Assembly: GCA_022813965.1 (NCBI GenBank)
Contig: JALDZS010000033.1
Location: 1 to 64,000, forward strand
Direction of reading: 5' to 3'
DNA length: 64,000 nucleotides
Origin: Toensbergia leucococca
Lineage: Eukaryota
Shown: positions 13,201 to 25,079 of the stretch, one piece after another
Numbering within the stretch: position 1 is the stretch's first letter
Layout of the letters: each line of letters starts with the position of its first letter
Program-made: the position numbers and the translations under genes
Notes under the pieces: generated by a model
Database searches by the model: none
Told to the model about the DNA's origin: nothing
Seen by the model: the letters and a program-made list of their open reading frames with translations, nothing else

Positions 13201-14440
13201 TCGACCAATAGAGGCAGCTACCATTTGCATGAGCGTTCCAGTCTTTGACCGAACCGGATGCAGTCCTAGAGAATACTCAGGGGGTACTTTCGGCCAATGC
13301 CCCTTGGTTGCAAGTACAGCTGCTAGGCAAATCAATGTTTTACCCAGACCCATAGTTTCTGCTAAAATACCACCTCGAGCCTCATCATATTCGCGTTTGT
13401 CACGCAGGAGGACTCCGGTCTCTCGATCGTAGTAGAACGCTTGTCCTGTAGGACCTTCTAGGGTTTCCAGCCGTGGGTCGAGCGCACGCGCAGGCTCTGC
13501 TTCCCTTCTAATCATCGTAGCTGCTGAGCGTTTTTGATAAGGGTAAAGCTTAGTCTTAAGACCCTGAACAGCGGTGGAGTCATCAAGAAGAGAATAGACT
13601 GCATCCCTTGATGCGCTGCATGACATCTCCGAAGGGGACGGAACCGGAGAAGCTAGCGTATTGAATAAATAAAAAAGAGAGTCATCTTCGGGTTGAGCAC
13701 TCATATAAAGGTCCTTTGGGACGGGTCTGACATTGCGCGCATCCCACGACTCGTAGGACCTATCAATCAAGGTCATTAGATTCATCAAGGCTTTCCGAGC
13801 CTTTTTCTGATCTCTCTCCAGATATCGTCTTCCAGCATCATCAGGCAACACATAAATCCGAACCACTGCCATATCTTCCAGTATCTGGTGCCTGCGAATA
13901 TATGTTCGGACCCAGCCAGCACGCAACAAGTCTCCTAGGAGATTGTAAGAGGGGTTTCTTTGCCACATAGCATCTTGAGTATATAGGGATTCTTCCCAAG
14001 CATTCTGCAAAGCGACGGCAGCTTCAGGGGTAGGATTGAAATTCAAGCTGCCGAGGGGTACATAGTTTCTGAGATCAAGCAAGAAATGTTTTGCGATTGG
14101 AGACTGCTTTGACCAGAAGAGGTCATATTGATGAAAATGGGCAAACAGTGGGGTCGACGGCGAAGTAGTGGGTGAGGAGATAGCTTGCGAAGCAGGCGAA
14201 GTAGGTAGATCCTCACTAGATATGCGAGTAAATACCGAGCTTGTTTGGCAAGGTGAGGGTGGAGTTGCGATAGGAAGCTTTGTGAGGGCTGGATTCTGTG
14301 TGTGTGTGAGTGTAAGTACAGCTCAATGCCTTGGAAGTAATGATGATAAACCCTACCGTATGCTCGAGCTCGACCGAGGAGTCATAGTGATGGTAGGATT
14401 CCCTTGCCCCAGGATCCTGGAGCTGTCGGGAGTTCAGCAT
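10252..14440 (-). CDS. SNF2-family helicase/ATPase (Rad5/Rad16-like subgroup, no obvious RING), 2 exons
   Basis: Motif I GGILAETMGLGKT, motif II IIVDEGH, motif III SGTP, motif VI QAIKRAHRIGQ. The frame is open without ATG up to 14322. A 61-nt intron 14296-14356 (GTAGGG..CAG) joins it in phase 0 to an exon starting at ATG 14440. Confidence 0.9.
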
Positions 14441-15244
14441 GATTTCATACGTAGATGCTCCAATTGTGAGACTTGGCAGATAATAGAAGCATCTCAAGTA
14501 GCAGCATACTGGCAGAGCATGTTGCTTCAAAGTCACAGTCGTCAGGGCAGGCACGGAGGGCACAGCATCTCGCCTTTATTCTGCCGGTCCAAGCAAAGGC
14601 GGTCACAAAAGCTACCTAGTTCTGGACAACTGCGCCCAACTCCCTCAGCCACAGCTAGAATAATTACCTCCAGGTAAGTTTCGGTACTCCGTATCCGAGA
14701 GCATCTGAATTCGAGGATTCAATAGAGTACAGAAACCATAATTCATATCAGAAGGACTTTTGCCTTCACCCCAGTCTCATGCTAAGTCTTACTAATTGCA
14801 AATATTATCTCTCAACCCTATTTCACAAACTTTCAAGGAAACCCATTTACAGAGATCCAGGACTTGAGATTGAACCTAGAAAAGGACTGAACGCGCCCCA
14901 TTGGCCTCTTTAGAAACTCATAACAACAGACATAAGATATTTCCCCGATCAAAATGCGACCATTTGATAAAATAGAACCTGTTCCAGAACTCTCTCCAAC
15001 GCAGGGCAGTGCCAAACAACGTTGAGGTACCAAGTCCACGCCGAAGGCATGATTTAGTGCCTGTCGTATGCACCTTACTGCCAAAATTGGCTTGTCGTGT
15101 CCGTGGAGAGTAGGATCTTGTGTGAAGAATCTAAGCGGCTTCGACTTAAGGTATCCAGACACCGTAGCCGCTGTCCCTCAAGCCTCAATATCTTCTATTG
15201 CTAGTTGCCCAGACCATAGCGCAAGGCCACTCTCTCTTCGCCCA

Positions 15245-16467
15245 TTACGATGCCAATAGTCCTAAGATCAATACTAATAGTGATATCACGATTAGTGTGT
15301 CCTTCACCGCCTCCAACTTGGCTGCTACCATGCTTTCTGCTTCTTCGGCCTTGCGGATCTCAAGATCTCGGTACTCTGTTTTCAGAGCTGCTGTGTTCTT
15401 CTCGAAGTCGGCAATGCGAAGCTTTAATATCTCTAGCTCTGCTTGCATGCTGCTCAGTGAGGACGCTAACGTCAGGTTGACAGTCCTTGATCGTGATGCA
15501 GCAACCCGAGCAGATGTCTCTTGTCTCCGAGCTTCTCTCTTGTCTTGCCCCAATGGACTGCTCAACTTCTGTGTCTCATCGACACAGCAAGTAATCACAT
15601 GAAGCAAGAAATCTAGGACGTCTTCATACCAAGCTTCGTAAACCAAGGGTGGATGAATATTATTTCTCTCAGCGTTTCTCCGATCCGGATTGTCGTACTC
15701 AGCTCGCATCAATCGGAGTTCGTTAATTCTGTCCCATGTCTCCCAGTTGTTGATTAAACACCTTCCCAGAGGATTCTTCCATGACATGAATGTCAAGATA
15801 ACGTTGGACTGGTAAGAGTGTCGCGATTTACGTCGTCTTCGAAAGCTCATCCGAATGCCGTAGCACGCCAAGAACGCTACCAAGACTTGCTCTATGTGTT
15901 TCCACGACCGACACCATGCTTTTACCATCGTATCTTCCACTTGTGCTGTTTGCTGATCCACAAGCATTTCAACATAGGACCTCTGGCGGTCTACGAGTTC
16001 GTCTCGATCGTAAATCAATCCACTCATGGCGTCCGAGATAGCTAAAAAGCCGGGCTCTGCAATTTCGAGCCGTTTAGTGGTTTTCTGTGAGTGTGGACTG
16101 GAGACAACGGATTGACTTTACCTTGAGAAGCGTCGAGAATATCTAGGATATACCACTTGCCTTTCACAGCGGAGGGCGGCGGCGGTGCCTCTGAACTCTC
16201 TCCGTTTGTTGAACCACCATCAGGAGAGGATGATGACGCAGTACCCATCGAGGTAGATTCTCCGGACGAACCTAGTCTACTGTTCGACTGCACTGCGGCG
16301 ACGGACGAACCTGCACCTGATGCAGAGCTTGCATCTAATGAAGAGCCTGCATCCAATGAAGAGCTTGCATCCAGTGAAGAGTCTGGATCAGATGAAGAGC
16401 CTATCCCAGATGAAAGGCCTACACTAGAACAAGAACCTGTTCTCATCCAAAGGCCTGCTCTGGGCAT
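15245..16467 (-). CDS. Orphan protein: Ser-rich N-terminus, predicted coiled coil, C-terminal hydrophobic tail; 2 exons
   Basis: Intron 16042-16121 (CAAG|GTAAAG..TTTTAG) joins ORF 16042-16467 in frame to ORF 15245-16027 (..ASQ-AISDAMSG..). Ends TLIVISLLVLILGLLAS*. Start codon uncertain. Confidence 0.55.
16307..16414. repeat. Degenerate 18-bp tandem repeat, 6 units (consensus GAGCYTGCATCYRATGAA)
   Basis: Units start at 16307, 16325, 16343, 16361, 16379 and 16397. They encode SSLDAS/SSLDAG-type hexapeptides on the minus strand. Confidence 0.8.
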
Positions 16468-17998
16468 CTTTGTAAGCGCACCTTGAACAGATGGCAGAAA
16501 GAGGACTCTCCGACAGGAAATATAGAGATATTACACCAGAGCTTTCGAATCTCAGGCTGTGTATACGTCACAGATATACAAGAGACTATCGGACTTGGAG
16601 AATAAAGAAGATGATACACCGATTCGTGGTTGAAGTAGAAAGGTAGGTATAGTAGGTACATTTTCTATAGTGTTGAGCTTCCACATTAACTCGATCACAT
16701 ATATGAGTGATGTTGGGATACCGTTAACTTGCAACCGCAAAATTTTAGAAGGAGGTACTCTTATCTTTTTGATTTCCTTGAAGGTCAATCCTCAATTCAA
16801 GGTACAGTGTCTGTTCATGGTCAAAGATGGCTATTTCAGTATACTATATATCGTAACGCCGTTATCCCAAACTAAGAAAATGACAGCCCTGAGGAAAGAA
16901 GTTGAAGAAGTGGGGTCTGTTGATTCATGGAGGTAGAGGATCTAATATAAGGCAGAGGCAAAGAAATGTTTGCTTGCTCCAAATGCTTGAAATCTTAGGT
17001 CACCAGACGGAGCATGGAACCTCCTAGCACCTATCATGTACGGGTGACTACTTTCAAGAGGTCAATGACAAACGGATGCGTGGTCAAGGCAGCCTTGAGT
17101 GAGAACGATATCAAGGTAGCCCGCTCGAAGATGAGTGTATCCTTTTTGAGGCGTTGCTCTGATCAAAGAGGTGCATTCCCATGGAATTGGAGGAATATCA
17201 CCGAAATCACAAACTGAGCCTGGGACAACCTAAGAGTTGGGAGGATAAGTCATGGGAATGATAGTTCATTTCAAATACGATGACTATGTATCGCATTTCC
17301 TAAGGCTTCATGGATAGACAATTCAAAGGTATCGTGCCTCCTTGAGACTTGGACTGGGCATAATCTAATGGCTTCTAAAATACACATTCAATAGCTTAAA
17401 GAGGCAGATGCACCGTGGAAAAAGAGCCTCTGCCAGGTCCACAATCAAAGTGTTGAGTACCAATCAGATATAAGCATAGCAAGATTGACTTCCAGTCAAG
17501 TCATTGGTGTCTTCTTTGATATCGAGCGGGCGTTATTGGGGATAAACAACAAAAAAGGGGCAAAAGCTTATAGCGATACTCAAAGAAAGGGCGAATGAAT
17601 GGATTGTCTGACCCCTGCTCTTTGTTCCACAGAAAACCTCGCAGTCCCAAGTAAAGCATGTTTGTCTTTAGTTCAGTTTGCGGATGTGAACGTCTTTATT
17701 GTTGGCATTGTTCCCTCTCATAGAAAGGTAAGAACAGTCGAGAATAATGCCTCGTCTAAGACTGCATCAGCAAATCATCCTAGCAGACTAGAAGATAAAT
17801 GAGAACAGTCCTTCCTCCGTTGACAATGCATCAGCACACTTCTTGACTCGCTAAACACTACATACCCACCTTTCAGCAAACATCCAATCCACAAATTCTT
17901 ACACTAGCCTTTGCAACCCATCGAACCGGCCGTTTACAAAACACCAAATCACTAAATACCATATCAACCTCTCGGCTCTTTCACCGTCAATCTCGGCC

Positions 17999-18427
17999 AT
18001 GGCAGGAAACGGTAGCTTCTACGAGACAGGTTCTATAGAAGCTGATTTCACCTTCGTTTGCAAACTGCCAAGCATGACCAATCCTCCCAGTGCCCCCCCA
18101 AAAGCTGACTTTACCTTTGTTTGCAGATTGCCAGATATACCTACCATACCGATGTTTGCCTCTCATCAGCTCACGTGTCATCCTCAGCGTGAATCGTTGA
18201 CCTTGGAGACCACGTCTGTCTCCTCTCCTCTCTACCGATGCATGGATCTAAGGTCGCCAACAGGTAAACCAAGAACTGAACCGAAGTCAATTAGCGCGAG
18301 TAATTTCTGGACCGAAGCACCCCTATGGATTTTCGTGTTTGCAATTTTCTGGTTTATGCTCACCCTCTTCCATAGATTGGACTCTTGGCAAGCTCCCAGG
18401 GAGTTGAGGGCTTGGTACGTTGCCTAG
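17999..18427 (+). CDS. Orphan 142-aa protein with a duplicated ADFTFVC(K/R)LP motif and a C-terminal TM segment
   Basis: ATG in GCCATGG context. Motif copies at 18041-18070 and 18104-18133. Hydrophobic LWIFVFAIFWFMLTLF near the C-terminus. Confidence 0.55.
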   Translation: MAGNGSFYETGSIEADFTFVCKLPSMTNPPSAPPKADFTFVCRLPDIPTIPMFASHQLTCHPQRESLTLETTSVSSPLYRCMDLRSPTGKPRTEPKSISASNFWTEAPLWIFVFAIFWFMLTLFHRLDSWQAPRELRAWYVA

Positions 18428-18973
18428 GAATGAGGTGCTTCGAAGAAACAGAAGTATAAAGACAGTCAAGCAGATGATATAGGAAAGGAGATATGTTGAG
18501 GAAAATACAAAGCGACATGGTATAGGATGGGTGGGACTTGGAGTTTTAAGAGTACTTCATTAAATCATCGATCATTGTATAACCGTTTCTAATAGATAGA
18601 AGTTGCTTTGATATGGTATGCTTCAGTATCTGAGTGATTGTATTAATCGGTAATATTGAACGTTTCTTTTGTAGGCCTTATTGCCAACATCTACTTACAT
18701 GATCCTATGAGAGAGTTAAGATGCCTAGTCCTGCTTTCTTGTCCTTGGAGTAGCAAGTTGTAGTCAGTAGATGATTTCTTGGTCCAAGGATGAAGCACTA
18801 TGTAATGGCTGTATTCTCTGCCAAGAGCGAGGTTGGCCGCATCAAATCGTGGCTTCATGCTGCCAAGTATAATGCTTCCATGACATGAGCCCCCTACTGC
18901 CAAGGGGTATAGTTCATTATCAAGGAACAGGTTCTGTAAGATAGACCGAGATTACGAGATGCCACGATGCAGG

Positions 18974-19001
18974 TTACAGATTACAGATTACAGATTACAG
19001 A
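18974..19001. repeat. (TTACAGA)4 tandem repeat
   Basis: Four perfect 7-mers read directly from the sequence. Confidence 0.9.
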
Positions 19002-19449
19002 CTAAATACTCGTTGGGAAATCTTTCAATTCTCGGGCCAACAGGTCCTGGCTGCAACCGCAACACGCGATCAACCAATTTGACGATCTTGTCGGAACCAC
19101 GAATGCAACAACTCTTGCTCTCCCGGCCTCGTCGGACAGACGATAGGCACTTTTCTACACTGGCATGAACAAAGGACGTGTTGGATATAGTAGCCCTCGA
19201 GTAAGACTCGTTGGCGTTGGCTGACAATGTCCGAGTCTCTTGTACTTCTCGTCTTCGCTTTCCCATTACTGGCAGCGATTTTCATGAAACAACGTTGAGC
19301 ACACGATAATTTTCTCACCAGTTGGATGATGAGTATTCTATCTTCTTGGCGTTTGTATCTACTCCTATATACTCGAACACCTCACCGCTCTTTCCTTTCA
19401 CTTCCAATTATGCCCTGTTCGACATTCGTGCACACTCGTTCAAGTTCTC

Positions 19450-20686
19450 ATGAGGCTATTTCCGCGACAGTCTGCCATCTTGGGCCTCACCCTGAGCGGC
19501 ATAATTTTCTTTGCTTGGTCCTTTCACACACTCAACCATCGAACCCAATACTGGAATCAGTTATCGACACGTCTGGTGGTCTTTGGCGATTCTTGGAGTG
19601 ATAACGGGGAATATGTGATAGATCCTCCGTCGAAGGATTTGGCATTTCTTCGGGATCTAGCCCAAGGACGAACATGGACCGAATGGCTGTGCTTAGAGGT
19701 ACATTGTCTTAATCCAAAGCAAGCCACACCATACTGACAACTTCTTAGATATCTTGTAGACACCAAGACAACTTCGCTCGCTCCCTTCCTTATTCATGGA
19801 CTAGAGGGCATAGCGGTGCTGTCGTTGACAACAGCATATTCAATCGTGGTACCACTCCCAACGCGTCTATGGCAGAACCCCTTGCGGACTTGAAGACTCA
19901 AGTAGCGCAATGGATTCGATTCGAGGAGCGTCAAGGCTACTTAGCCAGCCGAACAAGCGAGCCTGTGATGAAAGGAACAATCTTCTCGGTATGGTTCTCA
20001 TTGTGGGATGTATGGTATGATTCGCAGAGGAGCAAAGAAGATTCTGAAAAGGCTATCGAAGATACCATAAACGCTTTATTCGTACAGCTCGATGTCCTCG
20101 CAAAGCACTGGCCATTACGGGTAAAGATAATAATGCCCAAGGCCGTGGATCCAACCTTTTTGCCCGGTTGGCACGCAACGAGAACTGGTCCCAGCGGCTC
20201 AGACCGCACAGCTATTGAGCAACGCAGTGCAGTGCGACTCGTGGCAAAGTGGAATTCGGCTATACAAGAGAGGTCTGCAACATGGGAGAATGGTCATTTG
20301 TATCTCTATGACACGAACGAGTGGATCATAGAGCAAATTCGTGATAGACAGATGGAGATTCTCAACGTGGCCGAAAAACACGATTCAGACAAATCGAAAT
20401 CGCCTTGGGGCAATGTAACATCCCCATGCGTCGGCAACGGCGACCAGAAGCACCCTAATGCGACAGAGACAGATGACGGTATAGTCAGATGCTTAGACCC
20501 ACAGCGGTATCTTTTCTGGTAAGCTCCCGGTAAATGTCTGTCCTCCCCACGAGTTCATTGCTGATGAAAATCAGGGACGACCTGCATCTGGGGCCTACAG
20601 CATTGAAAATGATCGGTCAGGGTATTGCGGGCGATATAATTGAGAATCGCAACGGCGCCTGGTCAATGAACAGCACAGCCAGCTAA
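19450..20686 (+). CDS. SGNH/GDSL-type esterase/lipase (CE16-like) with N-terminal signal anchor, 3 exons
   Basis: Block I RLVVFGDSWSDNG, GRTWTEWLC, and C-terminal YLFWDDLH (catalytic DxxH) spanning intron ~20519-20573. First intron 19699-19749. Stop TAA at 20684-20686. Confidence 0.85.
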
Positions 20687-21260
20687 ACGTAGATTGAGAA
20701 CAGAGTGATCCCTCCCATTCTGAAAGCGACGTTGTCTTCCTTCAAAGACATTTTTCGGAAGCCCTGGGCCGCTTGTCATATAAAGAGATACGGCCATTGT
20801 AAGTAAATATGCATATATTGATTATTATCATCATCACCCTAGCCAGTAGCCGTTTGTCTTTGATGCCAGCGTGCCTCGTGCCTACATTCTTGACTCACGC
20901 ATTCTTGCATTGAAGTTCGGGCGGTGGGATGAATGTCTCACCTGGCTCGCTTTTCCGCGTCCGGTTGAACGAGACTCAAACAATGAACAAAGAAAGAGAA
21001 ATAAAAGCACCCACATTATCCGCAACCAGAATTCTCACCGCAGACAGTAGCCTCAACCTACTAGACAAAGAGAAGAACTGGACACATACGACAACCATGG
21101 CCACTCACCCAAACAAGGCCTCCCGTACAAAGAACCTCTGTTCCTTCGCATTCCACCCAATCCTCACACAATCATGCAGAAATAAATCGCCCTTTGACTA
21201 TCAAAGCCCCGTACTTTTCTTCTTCTGCTTCATGCTGGTATCAATGTCCCTTCATCACCA

Positions 21261-23895
21261 ATGTCCTACCACCGAATCCTCCCCCCACCACCCACTCTTG
21301 CAACACCACCACCACCACCAATCCAAACCCCGTGGATCCCCACCGATCTCGAACTCTCCCTCCCCCAACAAAAAACAATGCCAACCGACACTGCCCTCCC
21401 ACGCCGAACCCGCCGCACCTCCTCCCTCCAAAGCTCCTCCCCAAATCCCAATAACAACAACAATCCAGACCCTCCCTCTTCCCCAGGCGCCGACTCTCTA
21501 GACGACTACATCGAGGACTCACCAAAACCCCGCTCCCCACCCCGCACTCGCTCCTTGACACAGCAGCAGCAGCAGCAACAACAACAACAGCAAGCCAAAG
21601 GCAGCAATGCCCTCATCCGCGCCACACAAAAGGAGTTGCCGCCACCCCTCTCCCAACAGCGCGGCGGCAGCGAATTCTCCTCCTCGTCCTGGCAGGGAGA
21701 CTCGCCGAGCCAGATTTGTCTGTGTCAGCCGGATCCCAAGGTGCCAAGGCCCAGAAACGGTAAGGAAGCCCGAACAGAATTTCCTAAAACTCCTTTTTTT
21801 TCTTCTCTCTGTGGGAAGGATTCTTGATAGCATGTGCTTGATAGAGAAATAAGAAAAAAAACACCTACAAAAATACACAAACTTCCCATCCCCTCTACCC
21901 TCTCCCCCAAAGACGTACTGCTCCATCAAACTCAATTTCTTTTCCTGAGGTAACTTCCTAGTGTATGTTGTTCTTTAATAATAATAAAAAAAATTAAAAA
22001 ACACGCTGGCTGACACACGTGTGTCTCTTTCGTGTGTGTAGCATTCATCCTCTACCGCCAACACCATCAAGCCAACGTCGTAGCCCAGAACCCGGGCCTC
22101 GCAAACCCAGACATCTCAAAAGTCATCGGCGACCACTGGCGCTCGTCCTCGGCCGAGGTGAAAGACCACTGGAAATCGCTTGCGGAGGTGAGAATTTTCT
22201 TTTTTTCTCCCGCCCCGGACCCCACTCCCCCCCCCGCCTCCCAGTGTCCCGCACTATCCCCTCCCCTCTACCAAAGCCCCTAACACCTCCCCCCAACCCA
22301 CACGCACACACACAGAAAAAAAAGAAAACTAACCCAAACCCTCCCCCCCAAAAAAGGAAGAAAAACTCCGCCACCAAAAACAATACCCAGACTACCGCTA
22401 CCAACCCCGCCGCAGCAACCGAAGCAACAGCCTCACAAGCCCGCACTCCAACCCCAACAACAGCCACCACCCCTCGACCGCAGACCCAAACCACACCTGT
22501 CCCAAATGCGGCGGCAAAAGCATGATGACCCTAACCCCAATCATCCCCACTCCCTCCACAGCAACAACAACGACAACATCAACCCCAACCCCAACCCCCT
22601 CAACCTCAACCTCCACCCACCAACCCCCCTACTCCCCCCGCCTCCCCCTCCCCACCCCCTCCACAACCACCAGCAGCGCAACCCGCTTCCTCCAAAGCCT
22701 CAACAGCCCCCACCCCACCCCTTTCCGGCCCCCAACAAGACCCAGCCTCGGCCCGGGAAGCAATCCCCTCCTCCTGCAGCAGCAACTAGTCGCAAGCCCG
22801 TACTACCAGCAGCAGCACCACCAACACCACCGCCAAGACTCGGCCGACTTCCCCCTCAGCCCGGACGCCAACAAGCGCCGCCGCATCACCAGCAGCACCT
22901 ACGCTCCCATCCGCACCGCAACCGGCCAATCGACCCCCTATCCCTTCCGGCGCGAATCGCTGCCGCGCCCGGATTTCATGCCGCCCCAGCCGGGGCCGTC
23001 GAGCAAGTTGTTCACCATGGGGCCTCCGCCGCGGCCGCATCACCACCCGCACGCGCAGCAGCAACAGCATCCTCCTTCTTCTTCTTCTTCTTCTTCCTCC
23101 TCGCACCACCACCAGCAGCAGCGGTCAGACTCGTTGACCCTAGCCCCGCTCCTCACGACGCCCTCCTCGCCCTCGACCGCGCAGGCAAAATCCCTCCACG
23201 CAATGGTCATGACCATCCCCCCCCTCAACAAAATAAAAGTCCTCTCCAAAATCGCCCCCCCGCTCGCCAGCCCTGGGCCCACCTCCCCGGCCTATCCGAT
23301 CCGCGGCCTCCTGATCGCCATCGACGCCGCTGATCAAGCCGCCACCACGGCCCTGACGACCTACCTCTCCACGCACCTCGGGCCCAGTAATCCCGTGCGC
23401 GTCTTCGAGCCACCGGTTGCGCCACCGGCTGCTAATGCTGCGACGACGCTGCCCAAGTATCTAGAGACGATTAGGGAGTATCATTCGTTTTCGGCGGCGC
23501 TCGTGGCGTACATGACCACCGTCCCGGATGACGTGGATGTCTCGCCCAAGACCACGGGCCCCGCGCCCGCGTCTGTGCCGATTGCGCTGGTGCCCATGTA
23601 TCAGCTCTCGCTCACGGATGTATTTGCGTCGCGTGTGCCGATTGCGGATGCATATGCCCCGGTTGATCATTGGCAGTGGATGGCGACGTTGTGGAGGGGG
23701 GTTGTGGGGCCGGATGTTACGGTTGCAGTTGGGAGGGGGGATGGGGGTGGCGTAAAAGGGGGTGTGGAGATTCGGCTGGGAGATGCGAAGGCGATTTTGG
23801 TGAGGGAAGGGGTTGGGGAGGGGGTGTTGAGGAGGGTGGGGTTTGAGGTTGGGGAGTGGGTGAGGGGGTTGGGGGAGGGGAGGAGGGGGAGTTAG
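21261..23895 (+). CDS. Sequence-specific HMG-box transcription factor (MATA_HMG/SOX type, Rox1/Rfg1-like), 3 exons
   Basis: Spliced HMG box KVPRPRNAFILYRQHHQANVVAQNPGLANPDISKVIGDHWRSSSAEVKDHWKSLAEEEKLRHQKQYPDYRYQPRR, using introns 21760-22041 and 22188-22356. C-terminal region AYAPVDHWQWMATLWRGVVGPDVTV. Confidence 0.9.
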
Positions 23896-23968
23896 GCGGT
23901 GTATGGGTTGTACACTGGAATTTTTCTTGGGAGTGATGCATGATTGGAAGGCTTTGGTTTTTGGTTCA

Positions 23969-25079
23969 CTATTGTACGTTTTTTAGCTCGTTAATTACTT
24001 CATTAAAGTCTTCCGGGTCCACTTTGCTGCTTGTAACGTGATTGACCCATTGATCTAAGTCGCTGTTGATTCTCAACCCTCGGGCTTCCATGACCGAGTA
24101 CAAGCAACCAACGGCGACGGCCCTGGCTGGAAAGAGGTTTGCTAGTTGGTAGCTCTTGCACCTGTAGGCCTCCTGTCAGCGCGAGAAGTCTGATACTGCT
24201 GCTGTCTCGGATACCAACGCTTGCACTGTTTTAGCTTTACAAGCCCGGCCGATACCTGTGTCCATCTGTCCCACCATTCCATATTCCTCCCTCTCTTCTT
24301 TCCCCCAAGTCTCATAGTCTTCACTCGCTTCAGCAACGTCTTGCATCGCACGCTCGAGATAGCGCGGCAAGTACGACAGAGGTATAGAGATGCGTAGGTC
24401 GAAGCCCAGGACGCGAAGGAGAATCAGCTCTGCTTGGACGAGCGTTGCTCGGAGAGTGTCATACTTTGCAGATGGAACGGTCAATGGATTCGAAAATGAG
24501 TCGAATGAGTGACTACTTTCCCGAGACTCGGACGATGGTAAAGGATGGAGAAGGCGATGGGCTGGGAGGATGAATTCTCGGAGGCGTCTCGGACTTTCAG
24601 TGCTTTTGGACGCGAGGGAGAGGGAAGCTAGGGCTAGGGTCTAGAGGATACAGGTGTGGCTGTCAGTGTCATGTTTGTAATCCTACTGTGGACAGTTTCT
24701 AGTGGTGCATGTGAAGCCGCCGCCAAATCTCATAATGCACGACCAGAAACGGGCTGAGACGTGCAGTAGAATAGATGAGTAGGCAGGTAGGGCAGACAGA
24801 TTGAGCCAGGAAATGGGAAGCGCTGGGAGACGGACGTACTGGTCTAGTGGATCAGGCGTTGGTGATGATCGTAGAAAGCGTCGATATCTATTGGTGTAGA
24901 GATATGACATGGCTAAGGTGTCGTCGGGCCTGCATAATCTATGTGAGTTGGATGTCCAATGACGAGGGGATTTTAGGCAGCCTTGTAAGGTAGGATCTGG
25001 GCTTGCATGGTGGCACTGACAAGCGGAGGACATCTGCCATTGCATCGGCGAAGGCGATGGAGTCCTTTGGTGTTGGCAT
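23969..25079 (-). CDS. Cyclin-box protein (transcriptional cyclin K/L-like), 4 exons
   Basis: Spliced sequence LRLPDDTLAMSYLYTNRY..TLALASLSLASKSTESPRRLREF..LVQAELILLRVLGFDL..PARAVAVGCLY matches cyclin helices. ATG at 25079, stop TAG at 23969-23971. Confidence 0.8.

Noticed and set aside
16157..16486. Acidic + strand ORF over the 18-bp repeat
   Set aside because: It starts at TTG, with no ATG. The minus-strand frame splices cleanly into the downstream 260-aa ORF.
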